Shown here piece after piece: positions 60,862 to 64,000 of a DNA stretch of 64,000 bases. Origin of the DNA: Nanobdellati archaeon (GTDB taxonomy: Archaea > Nanobdellota > Nanobdellia > Woesearchaeales > GCA-2686295); contig JACNFY010000020.1 in the NCBI GenBank assembly GCA_014384375.1, positions 65,222 through 129,221 on the forward strand, read 5' to 3'. The translations under genes were made by a program, and so were the position numbers. The notes below the pieces were generated by a model. That model did no database searches. It had not been told where the DNA came from and saw nothing but the letters and a program-made list of their open reading frames with translations. The first letter of the stretch is position 1; every line of letters starts with the position of its first letter.

Positions 60862-61907
60862 TTTAAGTCCTCAAAGGAAATTAGCTCATCTTTATTAAAG
60901 TTCCTTAAGGCTATTTTCCCTATAACCTCATCTATTCTCTCAGGCATAATGCCTATGCCTGGTCTCTTTATTATAATATCTTCTCCTTTTATCACATTTC
61001 CTTTCTTTATGTCATTCTTTGCAACTAAACTTTTTCTTATGGTTTTACTCATTGAAAACTCTGAGGGTGCAAGCTCTTTCTTTTCAGAGCCTCTTATCTC
61101 CTCAATAAGTCGTATCTGTCTAACCATTTCTTTTAGTTCATTTGGTTCAAGAGAGGCCTTATGATCAGGTCCTTCCATTGTTCTATCAAGAGTGAAATGT
61201 TTCTCAATAACCACTGCACCCATAGCCGCAGCAACTAATGGAACAAGCAAACCTTCTGTGTGGTCAGAGTAACCTACCAAACAACTCAGTTTTTTTCTCA
61301 TAGTTTCCATTGCTCTAAGATTAACCTCTTCAAAAGGAGTAGGATAATTTGTTGTACAGTGTAGAAATACAAAGTTATCGTTTCCTGCATTCCTTATGGC
61401 TTCAACAGCTTTTTTCACTTCATCCATTGTAGACATACCAGTAGAGATTATCATCGGCTTATTTTTTTTCGCCATCTTAACTAAATACGGAATATTATTT
61501 AGTTCTCCAGAACCCGCCTTAAAAATTTCTACACCCAATTCATCAAGAAAATCAATTGCGTCCTCATCAAAAGGAGTTGACATAAATATTAATCCCTTCT
61601 TCTCAGAATAATTCTTTAGAGGTTTATGAAATTCCTCCTTTAATTCAAGCCTTTTCAACATATCAAACTGTGTTTCTTCCTTACCTATATTCTTTGTTTG
61701 GTACTCTGCTTGTTTTGCATCTCTTGTTGCAAGTTTTTCAGCTTTGAAAGTTTGAAATTTTACTGCATCCACTCTTGCTTCTGCAGCTGCATCTATAAGC
61801 CTTCTTGCAATTTTTATATCACCACTGTGATTAACGCCTGCTTCAGCTATAATAAAACAAGCGTGTTTCTCTCCTATGATTTTGTTTCCTATTTTTATTT
61901 CAGTCAT
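60858..61907 (-). CDS. neuB: nonulosonic (sialic/legionaminic) acid synthase, NeuB family
   Basis: 349 aa. CFIIAEAGVNHSGDIKIARRLIDAAAEARVDAVKFQTF, YSDHT, and a C-terminal SAF domain. Confidence 0.85.
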   Translation of the reverse strand: MTEIKIGNKIIGEKHACFIIAEAGVNHSGDIKIARRLIDAAAEARVDAVKFQTFKAEKLATRDAKQAEYQTKNIGKEETQFDMLKRLELKEEFHKPLKNYSEKKGLIFMSTPFDEDAIDFLDELGVEIFKAGSGELNNIPYLVKMAKKNKPMIISTGMSTMDEVKKAVEAIRNAGNDNFVFLHCTTNYPTPFEEVNLRAMETMRKKLSCLVGYSDHTEGLLVPLVAAAMGAVVIEKHFTLDRTMEGPDHKASLEPNELKEMVRQIRLIEEIRGSEKKELAPSEFSMSKTIRKSLVAKNDIKKGNVIKGEDIIIKRPGIGIMPERIDEVIGKIALRNFNKDELISFEDLK

Positions 61908-62266
61908 TTTTTTACAACAATATATTTTATGCCTTCTTTAGTGAACTCAAGTTTATGAACTTGCTTTGCAGGGATATGAATAATATCGCCTTTGCTAATT
62001 GTTATTTTTTTCTTGCGGTCAATAACCAATTCACCCTCTCCATCAAATACATAATAGACATCATCTTCATCTTCATGTACTTCTTCCTCTCCTTTAAAAC
62101 CCGCAGGCAGATTAATGAAAAACATTTTAGGTTCTGCCTTAGCAGCAGATAGTTCTCCATCTTTAACGAGTCTGACAAAAATGCGTTTTATCATCTCTGA
62201 ATCAAATATTGATGAGTTTGTTGACTCTATTGAGGTATTAAATTCCTCAAGCCAGTTTTCTACCAT
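61904..62266 (-). CDS. cupin-fold protein
   Basis: 120 aa. HEDEDDVYYVFDGEG...GDIIHIPAKQVHKL (cupin motifs 1 and 2). Confidence 0.55.
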   Translation of the reverse strand: MVENWLEEFNTSIESTNSSIFDSEMIKRIFVRLVKDGELSAAKAEPKMFFINLPAGFKGEEEVHEDEDDVYYVFDGEGELVIDRKKKITISKGDIIHIPAKQVHKLEFTKEGIKYIVVKK

Positions 62267-63084
62267 ACTGTAAAACCTCCATCAACAACTAAATTATGTC
62301 CTGTAACATATGATGATGCGTCAGATGCTAGGAATACTAAAGCGCCATTGACCTCATCAACATTAGCCTTCCTTCCAAGCGGTACCTTGTCTGAATAGTT
62401 CTTCACAAATTTCTTATCTTCTTTTGGATTGTATATTCCTCCTGGTGATATGCAGTTAACACGTATATTGTACTCTCCATAGTAAGCTGCTAGATATCTT
62501 GTAAAGTTAATAAGCCCTCCTTTCGCAGCATTATACACTCCATGCGAATATATCCTTTTTATCTTAGGAGAGTTCTTGACATAAACTTTATGCAGATTTG
62601 TTCCTTCATATATTCTCTGATCATTTCCTACAAGACCATAATGAGATGCTATGTTTATTATGGAACCGCTTTTCTGTTTTTTCATCACAGGTACAAAAGT
62701 CTGTATTGTTAGGAAAGGAATACTCAAGTTTCCAAGCATACCTTTATCCCATCCTTCTAAAGAGACATCCTCAAATGGAAGATAGAAATCATCTCCTTTT
62801 GCTGTTGTTGAGTTTACAAGTATGTCTACTCTTTTAGAGTCCTTAACAATGTAATCCTTCAGCTTAACTAACTCTTTCTTACTTGTTGCATCAACTTTTA
62901 CTAGCTGAAAATTCACATTATATTTCTTTCTAAGCTTTTTTGTTTCTGAAGATTCTTTTACATTCACATCACAACTGTATACTTTTGTTCCATATTCGAG
63001 CAATGCTTTACAGAACTGCTTACCTAATTGTCCATTACCTCCAAACACAATCGCAACCTTATTTTTTAGATTAAATAATTCCAT
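62260..63084 (-). CDS. short-chain dehydrogenase/reductase (classical SDR)
   Basis: 274 aa. FGGNGQLGK, NIAS, YNAAK (YxxxK). Confidence 0.7.
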   Translation of the reverse strand: MELFNLKNKVAIVFGGNGQLGKQFCKALLEYGTKVYSCDVNVKESSETKKLRKKYNVNFQLVKVDATSKKELVKLKDYIVKDSKRVDILVNSTTAKGDDFYLPFEDVSLEGWDKGMLGNLSIPFLTIQTFVPVMKKQKSGSIINIASHYGLVGNDQRIYEGTNLHKVYVKNSPKIKRIYSHGVYNAAKGGLINFTRYLAAYYGEYNIRVNCISPGGIYNPKEDKKFVKNYSDKVPLGRKANVDEVNGALVFLASDASSYVTGHNLVVDGGFTVW

Positions 63085-63093
63085 TTTTGCACC

Positions 63094-64000
63094 TCAACTT
63101 ATTTTAATCCATTTCTTTGACTTTGTTGATTCCTCTGCAGCTTCAATTATTCTCATGACTTCTACTCCTTCCTCAAAGCTGCATTGAATTGTTTTTCTTC
63201 TTTTTATGAAGTCAACAAATCCTTTCATCTCATCAAGATAATTTTTCTCCCAATCGTTTACTCCACCTTTAAGCAATACTTTTTCCTCGCTTTCAAGAGT
63301 TGTGAAACTCACTTTTGCTTCAGAGAAATCGTATTCTATTTTTCCTTTTGAACCTATTATTACTCCTGTCCTAGATAGTTTTGGATTCAGATAATCAAGC
63401 TCGATTTGGCCTGTTACATTGTCTTCTGATTTGAATAAGATAATTGCGTGGTCATCAACATCAATTTTCAAATCTGATATTTTTTCTACTACACCACACA
63501 CTTCATTTATCCTACCAAACAAGTAATTGGCTAAGTCAATTTCATGTGAAAGTGTTCTTATAACTCCTCCTCCTAAACTCTTTTTAGAGTAATACTCTTT
63601 CCTGTAATCAGCGTATGGGTGCCATGTAGGGAGATATTGACCACAATACAAATTTGCTTTATAGATTTTCCCAATCTTTCCTTCATCAATAAACTTCTTA
63701 ACAGTCTTGATTATGATATTATATCTTAGGTTATAGCCTACCATGACTTTAGAAACATCCAAACCTTTAAGCTCATCTGTTTGCTCCAAACTGTTGGAAA
63801 CAGGTTTCTCTACAAATACAGTAAGTTCCTTTTCTAAAGTTTTTTTCAATGTTGAAATGTGAAGACTTGTGGGGTTAGATATGATTACTCCATCAAGCTT
63901 TAATGAGAAAAACTCTTTCTCATCAAAAACCTCTTTTATGGAATTCAACTCTTCAGGAAGTTCCTTCATGGTGCCTTTCTTTGTCCTCAAAGCATAAACT
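63094..64000 (-). CDS. Gfo/Idh/MocA-family oxidoreductase (5' end beyond the window)
   Basis: DGVIISNPTSLH...VFVEKP motif. The reading frame stays open to position 64000 and the Rossmann N-terminus is missing, so the gene is partial. Confidence 0.65.
   Translation of the reverse strand, partial: VYALRTKKGTMKELPEELNSIKEVFDEKEFFSLKLDGVIISNPTSLHISTLKKTLEKELTVFVEKPVSNSLEQTDELKGLDVSKVMVGYNLRYNIIIKTVKKFIDEGKIGKIYKANLYCGQYLPTWHPYADYRKEYYSKKSLGGGVIRTLSHEIDLANYLFGRINEVCGVVEKISDLKIDVDDHAIILFKSEDNVTGQIELDYLNPKLSRTGVIIGSKGKIEYDFSEAKVSFTTLESEEKVLLKGGVNDWEKNYLDEMKGFVDFIKRRKTIQCSFEEGVEVMRIIEAAEESTKSKKWIKIS

Noticed and set aside
1-64000. CRISPR arrays, rRNA genes, integrases/transposases/IS elements, reverse transcriptases and prophage modules.
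   Set aside because: Intergenic space is too small (the largest gaps are about 200-250 bp and are occupied by tRNAs or promoters). No ORF showed recombinase, Cas or RT motifs. The only repeat pair found is the 34-bp one at 3849 and 5180.

Overview
AT-rich, very gene-dense archaeal chromosome segment. Stop/start overlaps of 1-14 nt are common, convergent stops overlap, and TATA boxes sit about 27 nt upstream of many ATGs. Archaeal markers are an RFC large subunit, an archaeal/eukaryal-type GlyRS, a Tfx-type HTH, AglB/STT3, FlaI/FlaJ-like proteins and three intron-containing tRNAs. Short housekeeping proteins and bacterial-type insertions fit a small-genome (DPANN-like) archaeon, but that assignment is inference only. 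Positions 1-24 kb hold housekeeping genes (asnS, aspS, glyS, rfcL, an OB-fold protein, a GTPase, corA), a type-IV-pilus-like ATPase/platform locus with unrecognised partner proteins, and two large surface (S-layer-like) proteins. This part also contains a small AbiE-type toxin-antitoxin cassette bracketed by an exact 34-bp direct repeat that duplicates the 3' end of aspS. Positions 24-64 kb are essentially one AT-richer cell-surface glycosylation island. It contains: (a) an Arn/Gtr-like three-component module; (b) an AglB cluster with a carbamoyltransferase and methyltransferases; (c) a bacterial-type ADP-heptose pathway plus a GT9; (d) a phnDCE transporter operon translationally coupled to LicC-like nucleotidyltransferases, led by an AbrB-domain/degenerate-cytidylyltransferase fusion behind a perfect palindrome; (e) a TagF-type phosphotransferase; (f) a legionaminic-acid-type nonulosonic-acid operon carrying FolD, 5-formyl-THF cyclo-ligase, two formyltransferases and a deacetylase. 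My best candidates for an undescribed system are the regulator-led phn/nucleotidyltransferase operon and the formyl-donor-equipped nonulosonate operon. No rRNA genes, CRISPR arrays, integrases or transposases were seen. All protein assignments come from motif reading of the supplied translations, not from database searches.
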